Origin: Bacilli bacterium
Lineage (GTDB): Bacteria; Bacillota_I; Bacilli_A; RFN20; CAG-826
Reading direction: 5' to 3'
DNA length: 63,859 nt
Assembly: GCA_041654855.1 (NCBI GenBank)
Contig: JBAZCS010000002.1
Location: 1-63,859, forward strand
The notes below the pieces were generated by a model. It made no database searches. It saw nothing but the letters and a program-made list of their open reading frames with translations, and was not told where the DNA came from. Below are positions 21,209-33,259 of this stretch, piece by piece (position 1 is the first letter of the stretch; each line of letters starts with the position of its first letter). The translations under genes were made by a program, and so were the position numbers.

Positions 21209-22636
21209 TTATCTTTTATTTATTTCTTCTTTCATTAATGAACTAGCGAGCGCAGGATTAACTTTGCCTTTGGTTTTTTTCATGACCTGACCAACGAGGA
21301 AACCCATGGCCCGGTCTTTACCGTTTTTAATATCATCAATGACATTTAAGTTTTCATCAATTACTTCATTTATTACTTTTAAGATGAAGTCGGTGTCACT
21401 AACTTGGACTAAATTTAATGCTTTAGCTTTCGCTTCCGGGTCGTCATTGGTCATAACAATAGCGTTAAACACTTCACGTGCTTGGGCATTTGATAATTTA
21501 CCGTCATTCACTAAATTTACTAGTTTAGCGAGGTTTTGCGGCGCTAATTTGATGTCTTTTATCGTTTTACCTTCTTTATTTAAATAAGCGCTCACTTCCC
21601 CAATGACCCAATTAATGAGTGTTTTGTAGTTAGCGGTATAGTTCGTTGCTTCATCAAAATAAAGGGTTAAATCTTTAGATTGTAAAATAATGTTTACTTC
21701 ATGGTTATTAAGTTTATACTCGTTTAAATACCGTTTCTTTTTAATGTTTGGTAATTCTGGCATCATATTTATTACTTTTGCCACATAGTCTTTTTCTAAA
21801 GTAATCGGCGCGATATTGCCTTCGGGAAAATATTTATAATCGACACCATCATCTTTTAAGCGCATAAGGACTGTGTCTTTGACACTTTCATCATAACGTC
21901 TTGTTTCACTAAGTACTTTTTTACCAGCATCAAGTAAGGCGCTCTGTCTTTTTATTTCCGCATCGATAACTTTACCAATGTTTGAAATCGAATTTAAGTT
22001 TTTAACTTCTACTTTTGTGCCAAACTTATCGCTACCGATAGGTCTTAAAGAAATATTAACGTCACAGCGGAGTGATCCTTCTTCCATCTTACCGTCACTG
22101 ACATTTGTGAACGTAACAATTTCGCGAATTGCTTCAACAAACGCCATTGCTTCTTCGCCAGTGCGAATATCGGGTTTGGTCACTATTTCCACAAGTGGTA
22201 ATCCAGCGCGATTATAGTCAATAAGGGTGAATTCGGCAAGATGAATTTGTTTAGCGGTATCTTCTTCCATATGTAGTCTTTCAATATTTACTCTTTTAGT
22301 GCCTTTTTCAAGCACTAAATCAAGATAGCCGTTACTACCAATCGGCCGCCGGTCTTGTGTAATTTGATACCCCTTTGGTAAATCACTATAAAAATAGTTT
22401 TTACGGTCAAAGTGCAATTCATGATCAATTTCCATATTTAAAGCGTGCGCTAAAATAATGGCGTTTTCCACTGCCTTTTTATTAACTGCTGGCATTGTTC
22501 CGGGAAAAGCCATATCAATAACGCTGACATTTGTATTTGCTGGTGAATCAAAAACACTTGATGCTCCCGAAAACATTTTTGTCTTTGTTTTTGTTTCAAC
22601 GTGAATTTCTAAACCAATTATTACTTCGTATTTCAT
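21209..22636 (-). CDS. gatB: Asp/Glu-tRNA amidotransferase subunit B
   Basis: 475-aa ORF starting MKYEVIIGLEIHVE, with GatB sequence throughout. Confidence 0.96.
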   Translation of the reverse strand: MKYEVIIGLEIHVETKTKTKMFSGASSVFDSPANTNVSVIDMAFPGTMPAVNKKAVENAIILAHALNMEIDHELHFDRKNYFYSDLPKGYQITQDRRPIGSNGYLDLVLEKGTKRVNIERLHMEEDTAKQIHLAEFTLIDYNRAGLPLVEIVTKPDIRTGEEAMAFVEAIREIVTFTNVSDGKMEEGSLRCDVNISLRPIGSDKFGTKVEVKNLNSISNIGKVIDAEIKRQSALLDAGKKVLSETRRYDESVKDTVLMRLKDDGVDYKYFPEGNIAPITLEKDYVAKVINMMPELPNIKKKRYLNEYKLNNHEVNIILQSKDLTLYFDEATNYTANYKTLINWVIGEVSAYLNKEGKTIKDIKLAPQNLAKLVNLVNDGKLSNAQAREVFNAIVMTNDDPEAKAKALNLVQVSDTDFILKVINEVIDENLNVIDDIKNGKDRAMGFLVGQVMKKTKGKVNPALASSLMKEEINKR

Positions 22637-24081
22637 TATCTTTGCCCCACATGTAAATTATATAAGCCAGTAATTTCTTCAATTTGATAACCTAGATTAA
22701 GAATAAGTGCGTCATTAAAAGCTTTGCCCGTTAAATTGACACCAAGCGGTAATCCTTTATCAAGGGCAAACGGAATTGTAAGTGAAGGGAAGCCACCTAA
22801 GTTTGCCATCGCTAAGTAATTATTTTCGACTTCACTATTTGGTTCCGGTTCTTTATTAATAAGGGGGGCATGGCTTGGCGCTGCTGGTAACATAACGGCG
22901 TCAAATTCATTAAATAGTTCATTGAAGGCTTTAACAATTAATGTCCGCGCTTTTTGGGCACGATTATAATAATTATTTCTTGTGTCCTTGCGTAATGAAT
23001 AATTGCCTAATAAGAACCGATATTTAATTTGTTTGGAAAAACCTTCTGTGCGGGTATTTAAAACAATGTCTTCATATGTTTCTCCGTCTTTTGCATTACC
23101 AAAATTAACACCCGTTAAGTTCGCGTTACTTGCGGTTGCTTCACTGCAACTTAAAATTAAATATGTTGGCAAGATGGCCTCAAGTAGTAATTCATCAAAC
23201 TTCACAAAGGATACTTTTGCCCCTTTTGCTTCCATTTTCGCCACTAAATTATTAAATTCTTTTAGTAATGTTTCATTTGTTAACTTTGCAAAAATAGGTT
23301 CAATGACGGCAATTTTGCGTCCTTTTAAGGAAGTAGTAAGCGTTTCGACACTATTTTTGCTTTTTTGAATATTTGTCGTAAAGTCTTTAACGTCATAACC
23401 TTTTGTTAAGTCATATAATAAACTTACATCAAATACGGAACGTGTTAAGAATCCTAAATGATCAAGAGTTGGCATAAAAGCAAAAAGACCGTGGCGCGAT
23501 AATTCACCCCATGTTGGTTTATAGCCGACTAAGCCGGCAAAACTTGCGGGTTTTCTAATCGAATCACCAGTATCGCTTGCTAAGGCAAAAGGAACATACC
23601 CACTAGCGACACCACTTGCGCTTCCGCTACTCGAACCCCCAACGATGCGATTATTATCTTTACCATAAGGATTTAAGGTTACGCCTTTATGACCAGTCAT
23701 GCCGCAACCACCCATCCCAAGTTCATCCATTGTTGTTTTGGCGATCGGAATTGCTTTTTGATTTTTAAGTTTGGTAATTATTTCCGCATCAAATAAGGAA
23801 ACATAACCATTTAAAATGTTACTACTTGCTGTTGTTTCAATGCCTTTTGTCGCAATGTTATCTTTGACAAGAAAGGGAATACCCCACAGTAAGTTATCAA
23901 CTTCAACTTCTTTTAAAGAGGCAGCGAAAAGACGAGCTTCTTCATACATTGTTTGTTCTAAAATGTTGTTTTGATCTCGTTCTAAAGCAGCAATTACTTC
24001 GTTAACGACGTTTAAGGGGGTTGTTAAGCCACTGACATAGAGGGCATGTAGTTCACTGATTGTTAAATTTAAATAGCTCAT
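22636..24081 (-). CDS. gatA: Asp/Glu-tRNA amidotransferase subunit A
   Basis: Amidase signature GGSSSGSASGVASG. The start is set at the ATG at 24081 (MSYLNLTISELH), with AAGGTGG upstream and 1 nt after the gatC stop; the track start at 24105 overlaps gatC. Confidence 0.95.
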   Translation of the reverse strand: MSYLNLTISELHALYVSGLTTPLNVVNEVIAALERDQNNILEQTMYEEARLFAASLKEVEVDNLLWGIPFLVKDNIATKGIETTASSNILNGYVSLFDAEIITKLKNQKAIPIAKTTMDELGMGGCGMTGHKGVTLNPYGKDNNRIVGGSSSGSASGVASGYVPFALASDTGDSIRKPASFAGLVGYKPTWGELSRHGLFAFMPTLDHLGFLTRSVFDVSLLYDLTKGYDVKDFTTNIQKSKNSVETLTTSLKGRKIAVIEPIFAKLTNETLLKEFNNLVAKMEAKGAKVSFVKFDELLLEAILPTYLILSCSEATASNANLTGVNFGNAKDGETYEDIVLNTRTEGFSKQIKYRFLLGNYSLRKDTRNNYYNRAQKARTLIVKAFNELFNEFDAVMLPAAPSHAPLINKEPEPNSEVENNYLAMANLGGFPSLTIPFALDKGLPLGVNLTGKAFNDALILNLGYQIEEITGLYNLHVGQR

Positions 24082-24082
24082 T

Positions 24083-24370
24083 TTATTTAACCACCTTCGG
24101 TACAATTACAAAACCATCTTTTGCGTTTTTACTATTACTTAATATTTCATCGACTGGTAATGTTTCCACTACTTCATCGTCTCGTAAATAAGTTCTTTTC
24201 TCCACATGCGGAAATAATGTTGCTTCAACATCATCAATATGCGGAATACGTTCCAATAAAGCTGCTTGTGCTTTAAAATACGAAAACTGTTCACTAAATT
24301 CTTTTTCTTCTTCGGGAGTAAGTGAGAGATAAAGTTCACTTGCTAGTTCTTTAATAATTTTTTTGTCCAT
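24083..24370 (-). CDS. gatC: Asp/Glu-tRNA amidotransferase subunit C
   Basis: 95-aa ORF immediately upstream of gatA/gatB. Confidence 0.9.
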   Translation of the reverse strand: MDKKIIKELASELYLSLTPEEEKEFSEQFSYFKAQAALLERIPHIDDVEATLFPHVEKRTYLRDDEVVETLPVDEILSNSKNAKDGFVIVPKVVK

Positions 24371-24392
24371 CTTTTACCTCGTTAGTAATATA

Positions 24393-26393
<2,001 letters not shown>

Positions 26394-28586
26394 TTACTTT
26401 TTGCTAATTGATTTGTGGGTGGCGACAAGTTTTTTAACTTGGCCATCATCAAATCTAACTTCAATAACGGTTTGTGTGGGGAAAATAGCAATAACAATAC
26501 CTGAACCAAAAGCGCTATGTTCAATAATGTCATTGACAGCAAAAGGGAAGTCACTCATGTAATCATACGTCGGTTGTTCGTTAAACCGGGGTACATCACT
26601 TCTTCCCGCGCGTGGTGGTCTTGTTGGGGTACCATATTTTTCATGATACTTTTTAAAGCGCGGCACTTCTAAACCAGCTTCGGTGACAAAGCGTGATAAT
26701 CTCCCACCCGCTGATATTGCAAAGTTGTATGAACTATTAGCGGTTACGAAAAGTTTTTTCTTTGCTCTCGTAAAAGCAACATAACATAATCGCCGTTCTT
26801 CCTCTTCCCCATCGTGGCCTGCTTCATATACCGCGCGTTGATTGGGGAAAACACCTTCAATCATTCCCGAAACAAAGACATAATCATATTCAAGCCCTTT
26901 AGCCATATGGACAGTCATAAGCGTTATATATTCGCCTTCAGCGACATCATCTTGACCACTATGTAAACTTGCATTTTCTAAATAGTCTTGGAAGGTTGCT
27001 TTCGGATATGTTTTATCAAACTCGACAATATCTTCAATTAAAACGTGGACGTTGGCCCGCATTGTTTCGCGCCGTTCATCATCCTTTTCAATTTGGTCGA
27101 TATAGTCAAAATAACCTATTTTTGTAATGTAATCACGGATAATTGCACCGATACTTTGTTGTTTTTCTTGCAGTCTAAGTCTTGTTTCATCAATGATTTC
27201 TAAAAGTTCTTTTAAGCTTTCACTTGATTTTGTCGATAGTTTAATATCCGGTACATGACGAATCGTTTCTAAAATTGAGTATTCATTTTCTAAGGCGGCA
27301 ATCTTAATATTTTCAAGAGCAATATCACCTATACCGCGCCGTGGAATATTAATGATTCTTTCAAAAGAAATGTTATCTTTTTCATTTAATAGTATTCTTA
27401 AAAAGGCAAGAATATCTTTAACTTCACGCCGTTGGAAGAAGCGAATGCCGCCATATATTTGATAGGGGACATTTTTATGAATAAAGAATTTTTCAAATGG
27501 TAATGTTAAGTAGTTTGCGCGCATTAAAATCGCAACTTTACGATACGAAAAGCCCGGAACATTAAGGCGCATTGATATAATTTGATCATAAATCCATTTA
27601 ACTTCATCAATATCGCGTTCGGCGACATATAAAACTACGGGGTCACCTTGATCGTTACTTGTAAACAAGTCTTTTTCGACACGGTTTTTATTATGCTGAA
27701 TAAGTTTATTCGCGGCATTAAGAATTTGTTGGGTGGAGCGGTAATTTTGATTAAGAATAATTGTCTTGGTCCCCGGAAAATCTTTATCCATATTCATAAT
27801 AATGCCTTCATTAGCCCCGCGCCACGTATAAATTGTTTGGTCCGGGTCACCGACAACGTAAAGTGCAGTTTCGGGACGCATTAAAAGTTTCAATAAGCGA
27901 TATTGAATGTCGTTTGTGTCTTGAAATTCATCAACTAAAATATGGTCATAACGATTTTGCCACTTTGCGCGTACTGCGGGATATTCTTCTAATATTTGAA
28001 TTGTTTTATTAATTAAGTCAGCAAAGTCTAAGCAACCCATTTGCTCAAGCCGTCTTTCATATTCCTTCCATATCTCGGTTAGCTCTACTTCATTAACGTG
28101 GCCATAGATGCGTGGTTTATACGCGAAAGCATCTTTACCTTTTTCTTTTTGATAACCAATAAATTCAATGGCCGCCTTACTTATATCCCCACGTTTTTCG
28201 TGTCCTCGATCAACGGCGATATTGCGAATTAAGGTTTTCACATCTTCTTCGTCATAAATAATAAAGCCAGTCGAACGCTTTAATAACCCGATGTCTTCGC
28301 GTAAAAAGCGGGCCCCAAAAGCGTGGAAGGTTGAAAGGCGCGCTTGTACTTGTTCTCTTTGCAACAGCGTTTTTAGTCGACCAGACATTTCTTCCGCGGC
28401 TTTATTTGTAAAAGTAAAACCAATGATCCGACTTCCCGGAACACCAATTTCTTCGATTAAATACGCAATACGTGTCGTTAAAACTCTTGTTTTTCCGCTT
28501 CCAGCACCAGCAATAATTCTTAAATATTGATCATTTGTCATTGTTGCTTCTTTTTGTCGATCATTTAAATTTTTATACATACTCAT
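26394..28586 (-). CDS. pcrA: ATP-dependent DNA helicase PcrA (UvrD family)
   Basis: 730-aa ORF with Walker A AGAGSGKT, VDEFQDT and a C-terminal Tudor-like tail. Confidence 0.95.
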   Translation of the reverse strand: MSMYKNLNDRQKEATMTNDQYLRIIAGAGSGKTRVLTTRIAYLIEEIGVPGSRIIGFTFTNKAAEEMSGRLKTLLQREQVQARLSTFHAFGARFLREDIGLLKRSTGFIIYDEEDVKTLIRNIAVDRGHEKRGDISKAAIEFIGYQKEKGKDAFAYKPRIYGHVNEVELTEIWKEYERRLEQMGCLDFADLINKTIQILEEYPAVRAKWQNRYDHILVDEFQDTNDIQYRLLKLLMRPETALYVVGDPDQTIYTWRGANEGIIMNMDKDFPGTKTIILNQNYRSTQQILNAANKLIQHNKNRVEKDLFTSNDQGDPVVLYVAERDIDEVKWIYDQIISMRLNVPGFSYRKVAILMRANYLTLPFEKFFIHKNVPYQIYGGIRFFQRREVKDILAFLRILLNEKDNISFERIINIPRRGIGDIALENIKIAALENEYSILETIRHVPDIKLSTKSSESLKELLEIIDETRLRLQEKQQSIGAIIRDYITKIGYFDYIDQIEKDDERRETMRANVHVLIEDIVEFDKTYPKATFQDYLENASLHSGQDDVAEGEYITLMTVHMAKGLEYDYVFVSGMIEGVFPNQRAVYEAGHDGEEEERRLCYVAFTRAKKKLFVTANSSYNFAISAGGRLSRFVTEAGLEVPRFKKYHEKYGTPTRPPRAGRSDVPRFNEQPTYDYMSDFPFAVNDIIEHSAFGSGIVIAIFPTQTVIEVRFDDGQVKKLVATHKSISKK

Positions 28587-28595
28587 ATCTTACAT

Positions 28596-28604
28596 ATTAT
28601 ATCA
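28596..28604 (-). promoter_or_regulatory. extended -10 box TGaTATAAT, 9 nt upstream of the pcrA ATG; near-leaderless promoter candidate
   Basis: Minus strand reads tatgaTATAATatgtaagatATG, with no SD. Confidence 0.45.
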
Positions 28605-28645
28605 TAATATGGTGACGACTGCCTGAGCTTATAAACTAATTTTTG

Positions 28646-28654
28646 TGTTAAAAT
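28646..28654 (+). promoter_or_regulatory. extended -10 box TGtTAAAAT, 6 nt upstream of the ATG at 28661; candidate leaderless promoter
   Basis: Sequence reads tgtgTTAAAATaatgctATG, with no SD. Confidence 0.4.
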
Positions 28655-28660
28655 AATGCT

Positions 28661-29566
28661 ATGAAATTGTATAATCTTTCGCGCACTCACCAACTGGCCC
28701 TTGGGGCAGTTATGGCCGCAATTAATGTTGTTTTTGCAATCTTTAGCAGTTATTTGTTTGCTTTTAGTTTGCTTATTATGCTTTTTCTACCATTGGCGAG
28801 CATTATTGTCGCCATCAATATTGATATAAAATACTATCTTGTTTACTTCTTAGGAACGATGCTTTTAGCGCTTGTCTTAAATTTAGCGAATGTTGAAAAC
28901 ACGCTTTTCTTTTTACTACCAATATTAACAAGTGGTTTAGCGTTTGGATTTTTAATACGTGTGCAGGCAAGCGATATTTTAATATTGTTAGGTGTAAGCG
29001 CAGTTAACCTTTTAACCCTGCTTATTACGATTCCCATTATTAATGTCATTTATAACATTAACTTCCTAACTGTCTTTGCGACCTTTGTTGGTTTTAATGA
29101 TGTATCTTTTGGAAATCTTATTTTGCCAAGTATTTTAACCTTACTGGCATTTATGCAAACTTTGATTACTTTAATTATAATTACGATGGACGCTAAATAC
29201 TTTAGGATTGAAATTAAATCTACACCATTAAAATACGTTGGATTTATAAATATATTCTTTGCAGTTCTCGTTATTATCTTCATGTTCTTTTTTGAAAATG
29301 TTGCCTTAGCGTTACTCTTTATTGTTGTTTTTCTTAGTGTTTATGAGCTGCTGCTTTTATTTAATAATAGTAAGACAGTCTTGCTTATTTCCTTAACTTT
29401 AGCGATAGCGCTTACTTTTATTGGGGTCGCTATTTTTGAAAATAATACGCCTTTACCTTTCTATTTTGGTATAATAATTGGGGTTATTCCTATTGTGATT
29501 GGTCACAATATATGGTTATATATTAATAACAGGAAAAAAGAGGAAAAAGATGGCAGGATTATTTAA
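28661..29566 (+). CDS. polytopic membrane protein, unknown function
   Basis: 301-aa ORF with about 9-10 hydrophobic helices. No motif recognised. Confidence 0.7.
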   Translation: MKLYNLSRTHQLALGAVMAAINVVFAIFSSYLFAFSLLIMLFLPLASIIVAINIDIKYYLVYFLGTMLLALVLNLANVENTLFFLLPILTSGLAFGFLIRVQASDILILLGVSAVNLLTLLITIPIINVIYNINFLTVFATFVGFNDVSFGNLILPSILTLLAFMQTLITLIIITMDAKYFRIEIKSTPLKYVGFINIFFAVLVIIFMFFFENVALALLFIVVFLSVYELLLLFNNSKTVLLISLTLAIALTFIGVAIFENNTPLPFYFGIIIGVIPIVIGHNIWLYINNRKKEEKDGRII

Positions 29567-29972
29567 GAAATTAGGCAAAGGAATTATGTTTATTTTTATC
29601 TTGCCTTTTTGGGTAGTCGTTTTTCTTTTGTTTACAATATACGCAATAGGGGCTTACTTTTTCACATTATTCTCCGCAATTCCTGCTTATTTACGGGGAG
29701 AAAGTGTATTATCGCCAACCGAAATTGATATTGCAGCAAGCACAAAACTTGCTGAACAGAAAAAGCAAAGTCAAATGGCGCAACCCGCACCAATCGTTCA
29801 ACCGCAAACAACAATTATATTAAATGCAGTCCCGGTCCAACAAAAAGAAGAAACACCCATTACTTTTGTTGAACACGAAAAGGCTGAGCCAGAAATGCAA
29901 CAATTAACGGAACAAGATTTTAAAGCTTCATTACCTGAAGAAGTATTTGTAGGGGAAGAGGAGGATAATTAA
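29550..29972 (+). CDS. membrane protein with a Gln/Pro/Glu-rich C-terminal tail, unknown function
   Basis: Start chosen at the ATG at 29550 (MAGLFKKLGKG) with AGAGGAAAAAG upstream. It has two TM helices and then a low-complexity acidic tail, and overlaps the upstream gene by 17 nt. Confidence 0.65.
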   Translation: MAGLFKKLGKGIMFIFILPFWVVVFLLFTIYAIGAYFFTLFSAIPAYLRGESVLSPTEIDIAASTKLAEQKKQSQMAQPAPIVQPQTTIILNAVPVQQKEETPITFVEHEKAEPEMQQLTEQDFKASLPEEVFVGEEEDN

Positions 29973-30688
29973 TGTATCCATTATTACCGATCTTACTGAA
30001 ACTTAGTGAAAATGAAAAACGATTTTTAATCGTTCTCTTTTTCGTTATTATTATTGTCTTCTTCTTACTTGGTTTAATATATGAAGGTTTAAATAAAGCA
30101 ATGGCGTCGCAAGGAGCGGATATTGGGCGCCTTATGGCTACTCAAGTTGATTCTGGTTATATTTCTTCGCTGCAACAATTTAGAAGAAATGCCTATCGGA
30201 AGTCACGCCTTGAATTTTATCGTCAATTTTCTAAAACATTTTTCGCCATTATTATTTGGTTTTCAATATATGGTATTGTTAGTATTTTCTATCGGCATTG
30301 GTTAAATCTCTTTGATCAAACCGAAGAAGGATTTACAACTTTATTTTATACGTTTGATTTCGCTAATACGCCACGAACTAAACTCTTTGGCATTAGTGTT
30401 ATTAGTGATTGGCCACCTGTTTTACATAAAGCATTTTTCAGTGTTAAAGCGATTCCAAGTTATATTCTCGCTTTAGCGGCCATCGTTATTATAATTTTAT
30501 TTATTATTCAGGTATTAGGGTTTTTATCAAGGACAATCTTTATTATCCAACATAGCAAAAAGATGTTTACTCGTGATTTAAAATCATATAAATTAAGTGA
30601 TTTAACCGGCGCTCCGGCTGAACTTCAAGAAAGCGGCATCAACGTGCCTGATAAACAAGAAGTAACCCCACCGGTAACAAATGAATAA
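29972..30688 (+). CDS. membrane protein, unknown function
   Basis: 238-aa ORF with a TAATG stop/start overlap with the preceding gene, SD GAGGAGGA, and 3-4 TM helices. Confidence 0.7.
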   Translation: MYPLLPILLKLSENEKRFLIVLFFVIIIVFFLLGLIYEGLNKAMASQGADIGRLMATQVDSGYISSLQQFRRNAYRKSRLEFYRQFSKTFFAIIIWFSIYGIVSIFYRHWLNLFDQTEEGFTTLFYTFDFANTPRTKLFGISVISDWPPVLHKAFFSVKAIPSYILALAAIVIIILFIIQVLGFLSRTIFIIQHSKKMFTRDLKSYKLSDLTGAPAELQESGINVPDKQEVTPPVTNE

Positions 30689-30832
30689 TTAAGTTAACAT
30701 TACGGCAATTTGAATGCCAATTACAATAATTAATAGGATAATAATAATAATTAATATCTTATTTCTTCTTTTATATCCTCGTAAGGCGGTTTCTTCTTTA
30801 TTGGGAGTAACACTTTGTCCTAATTTATTCAT
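30689..30832 (-). CDS. possible 47-aa single-pass membrane peptide
   Basis: Hand-translated: MNKLGQSVTPNKEETALRGYKRRNKILIIIIILLIIVIGIQIAVMLT. GGAG lies 6 nt upstream. It fills the whole gap between asnS and the convergent gene. Confidence 0.35.
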   Translation of the reverse strand: MNKLGQSVTPNKEETALRGYKRRNKILIIIIILLIIVIGIQIAVMLT

Positions 30833-30840
30833 AATAACTC

Positions 30841-32208
30841 CTAATATTTAATGCTCCCAAAAGCGCGGGCGTATGGTTGAACATCACGAATGTTTGTCAC
30901 GCCAGTAACATACATTAATAACCGGTCAAAGCCGATACCAAAGCCAGAGTGGGGAGTGCCTCCGTATTTTCTTAAATCTAAATACCATTCAAGGTCTTTT
31001 AAATTGCCTAGTTTTTCCATTTTTTCTTTAAGGACATCATAACGATCTTCCCGTTGGGAGCCGCCTACTAATTCACCAACTCCCGGAACGAGTAAATCAC
31101 AGGCCGCAACCGTTTTATTATCATCATTTAAACGCATATAAAAGGCTTTAATGTCTTTGGGATAATCAGTAACAAAGACCGGACCTTGGGTATAAACCTC
31201 ACATAAATAACGTTCATGTTCACTAGCAAGATCCATGCCCCAGAATATTTTATCAAAAGTAAATTTATGGCCTTTTTGCTGGGCTTTTTCTAATATTTCC
31301 ACTGCTTTTGTATAAGTTATGCGCATAACATTACTCTTTACTAAAGCTTCAAGGCGGTCTTTAAGTCCTGGTTCATAAAACTTTGTGAAAAATAATATTT
31401 CATCTGGACATTTTTCTAAAATATATTTAACTGCATATTTAATTGAATCTTCAATAATATCCATGTTTCCTTTTAAGTCGGTAAAGGCCATCTCTGGTTC
31501 AAGCATCCAAAATTCCGCAGCGTGTCTTGTCGTATTGCTTTCTTCAGCACGGAATGTTGGTCCAAATGTATAAACTTTACCAAACGTTAAGGCGAAAGGT
31601 TCAACGTGCAGTTGCCCAGAAACGGTAAGTGAAGCTTTTTTACCAAAGAAGTGATGCGGGTTTTTATGTTCGGTGACAACATCAAAAACATTACCTGCTC
31701 CTTCAGCATCATTACCGGTAATAATTGGTGTATGGACATAAATAAAACCTTGTTCATGGAAATATTTATGTAACGCAAAAGTTAATTCGCTACGCACTCT
31801 AAATAATGCGGTAAATGTATTAGTGCGGGGCCGAAGATGAGAAATTTCCCGTAAAAATTCCGGGGAATGTCTTTTCTTTTGTAACGGATAATCTTCAGCA
31901 ACATCACCTACTACTTCTAATTCTTTAATATGTAATTCAAAAGGTTGTTTGTTTTCAGGGGTAAGAAGTAAAGTGCCGTTAACGATAAGAGCAGCGCCCG
32001 TTCTTAATTTATCAATTTCTGTAAAGTTAGAAACTTTTGTTTTTTCATACACTAATTGGATTGATTTAAAAGCGGAACCATCACTAAATTCGATAAAGCC
32101 GATTGTTCCATTATTACGGTTCGTTTTAACCCATCCGTGCAATGTTAAAGTTGTAGACTTTAAAGTCTTGTTTGCAAGTTTTGCGTATAGTTCTTTAATC
32201 GTTACCAT
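30841..32208 (-). CDS. asnS: asparagine--tRNA ligase
   Basis: 455-aa class IIb ORF with the AsnRS-typical C-terminus GGSQREDRYDVL...WYLDLRKYGGTPHSGFGIGFDRL. Confidence 0.9.
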   Translation of the reverse strand: MVTIKELYAKLANKTLKSTTLTLHGWVKTNRNNGTIGFIEFSDGSAFKSIQLVYEKTKVSNFTEIDKLRTGAALIVNGTLLLTPENKQPFELHIKELEVVGDVAEDYPLQKKRHSPEFLREISHLRPRTNTFTALFRVRSELTFALHKYFHEQGFIYVHTPIITGNDAEGAGNVFDVVTEHKNPHHFFGKKASLTVSGQLHVEPFALTFGKVYTFGPTFRAEESNTTRHAAEFWMLEPEMAFTDLKGNMDIIEDSIKYAVKYILEKCPDEILFFTKFYEPGLKDRLEALVKSNVMRITYTKAVEILEKAQQKGHKFTFDKIFWGMDLASEHERYLCEVYTQGPVFVTDYPKDIKAFYMRLNDDNKTVAACDLLVPGVGELVGGSQREDRYDVLKEKMEKLGNLKDLEWYLDLRKYGGTPHSGFGIGFDRLLMYVTGVTNIRDVQPYARAFGSIKY

Positions 32209-32242
32209 AATTTCACCTCTTAACTCTATAAGTTATTATATC

Positions 32243-33259
32243 TTAATAATTATTAAAATCTTCGATTTCCCAGTTTGGATCGACTCCAAGGTCATAATTT
32301 GCAAAGATTTTAGCCTCATATAAATGTTCGGCAAGTTTTGCAATCATCGCTGCTTGGTCAGTGCAACACCATAATGGCGGAATCGCCGCTTCGACATTAA
32401 TCTTTGGAAATTTTTCTAAAACTTCACTTCGTAAATATGAGTTTGCGCTTACGCCCCCCGCAATTACTACTTGCTTAACTTCATATTCTTTGGCAGCCGC
32501 AAGACCTTTAGTCACTACTGCATCAATCGCCACTTTTTGAAATGACGCACATAAATCTTTAACGTTAATTTCTTGACCGCGTTGTAAAGTATTATTCACT
32601 AAATTAATGACATGGGTCTTTAAACCACTAAAAGAGAAATCATACCCCTCTTTTAACGCTGGACTTGGTAATTTATAAGTTACTTTTCCTTCTTTAGCGA
32701 GGCGATCAATGGGAATACCACCGGGATAGCCAAGTTTTAAAACGCGGGCTACTTTGTCATAACATTCGCCAATCGCGTCATCTCTTGTTTCGCCGATGGT
32801 TTTAAACTTTAAATGATCTTCCATAATGACAAGTTCTGTATTACCGCCGCTTACGACAATCGCTAAAAGGGGGAACTTAAGCGGGGTTACGAACTCAGCA
32901 GCGTAAATATGAGCCGCTAAATGATGTACAGGGATTAAGGGTTTATCATAAATTAAGGCAAGGGTTTTTGCTGCTTGTAAACCAACGTGTAATGCGCCAA
33001 TTAGTCCCGGTCCTCGCGTCACTGCAAAGGCATCAACTTCACTTAAAGAAACACCAGCGTCATTTAAAGCCTTATCTAAGGTAAAAACAATGTTTTCGGT
33101 ATGAAGACGTGATGCAAGCTCGGGCATGACACCACCGTATTTTTGATGCATAGCAATTTGACTACTTACAGCGTTACTTAAAAGTTTACCGCGCTTTGTA
33201 ATGGCCACTGCTGTTTCATCACAACTTGATTCAATCGCTAAAATTATGCGTTCTTTCAT
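32243..33259 (-). CDS. tsaD: tRNA N6-adenosine threonylcarbamoyltransferase
   Basis: 338-aa ORF with ILAIESSCDETAVAI, of the Kae1/TsaD family. Confidence 0.95.
   Translation of the reverse strand: MKERIILAIESSCDETAVAITKRGKLLSNAVSSQIAMHQKYGGVMPELASRLHTENIVFTLDKALNDAGVSLSEVDAFAVTRGPGLIGALHVGLQAAKTLALIYDKPLIPVHHLAAHIYAAEFVTPLKFPLLAIVVSGGNTELVIMEDHLKFKTIGETRDDAIGECYDKVARVLKLGYPGGIPIDRLAKEGKVTYKLPSPALKEGYDFSFSGLKTHVINLVNNTLQRGQEINVKDLCASFQKVAIDAVVTKGLAAAKEYEVKQVVIAGGVSANSYLRSEVLEKFPKINVEAAIPPLWCCTDQAAMIAKLAEHLYEAKIFANYDLGVDPNWEIEDFNNY

Noticed and set aside
28843-29283. Two minus-strand ORFs (68 and 77 aa) antisense to the first membrane gene
   Set aside because: They are Lys/Ile-rich mirrors of a hydrophobic A+T-rich coding region, with no SD.
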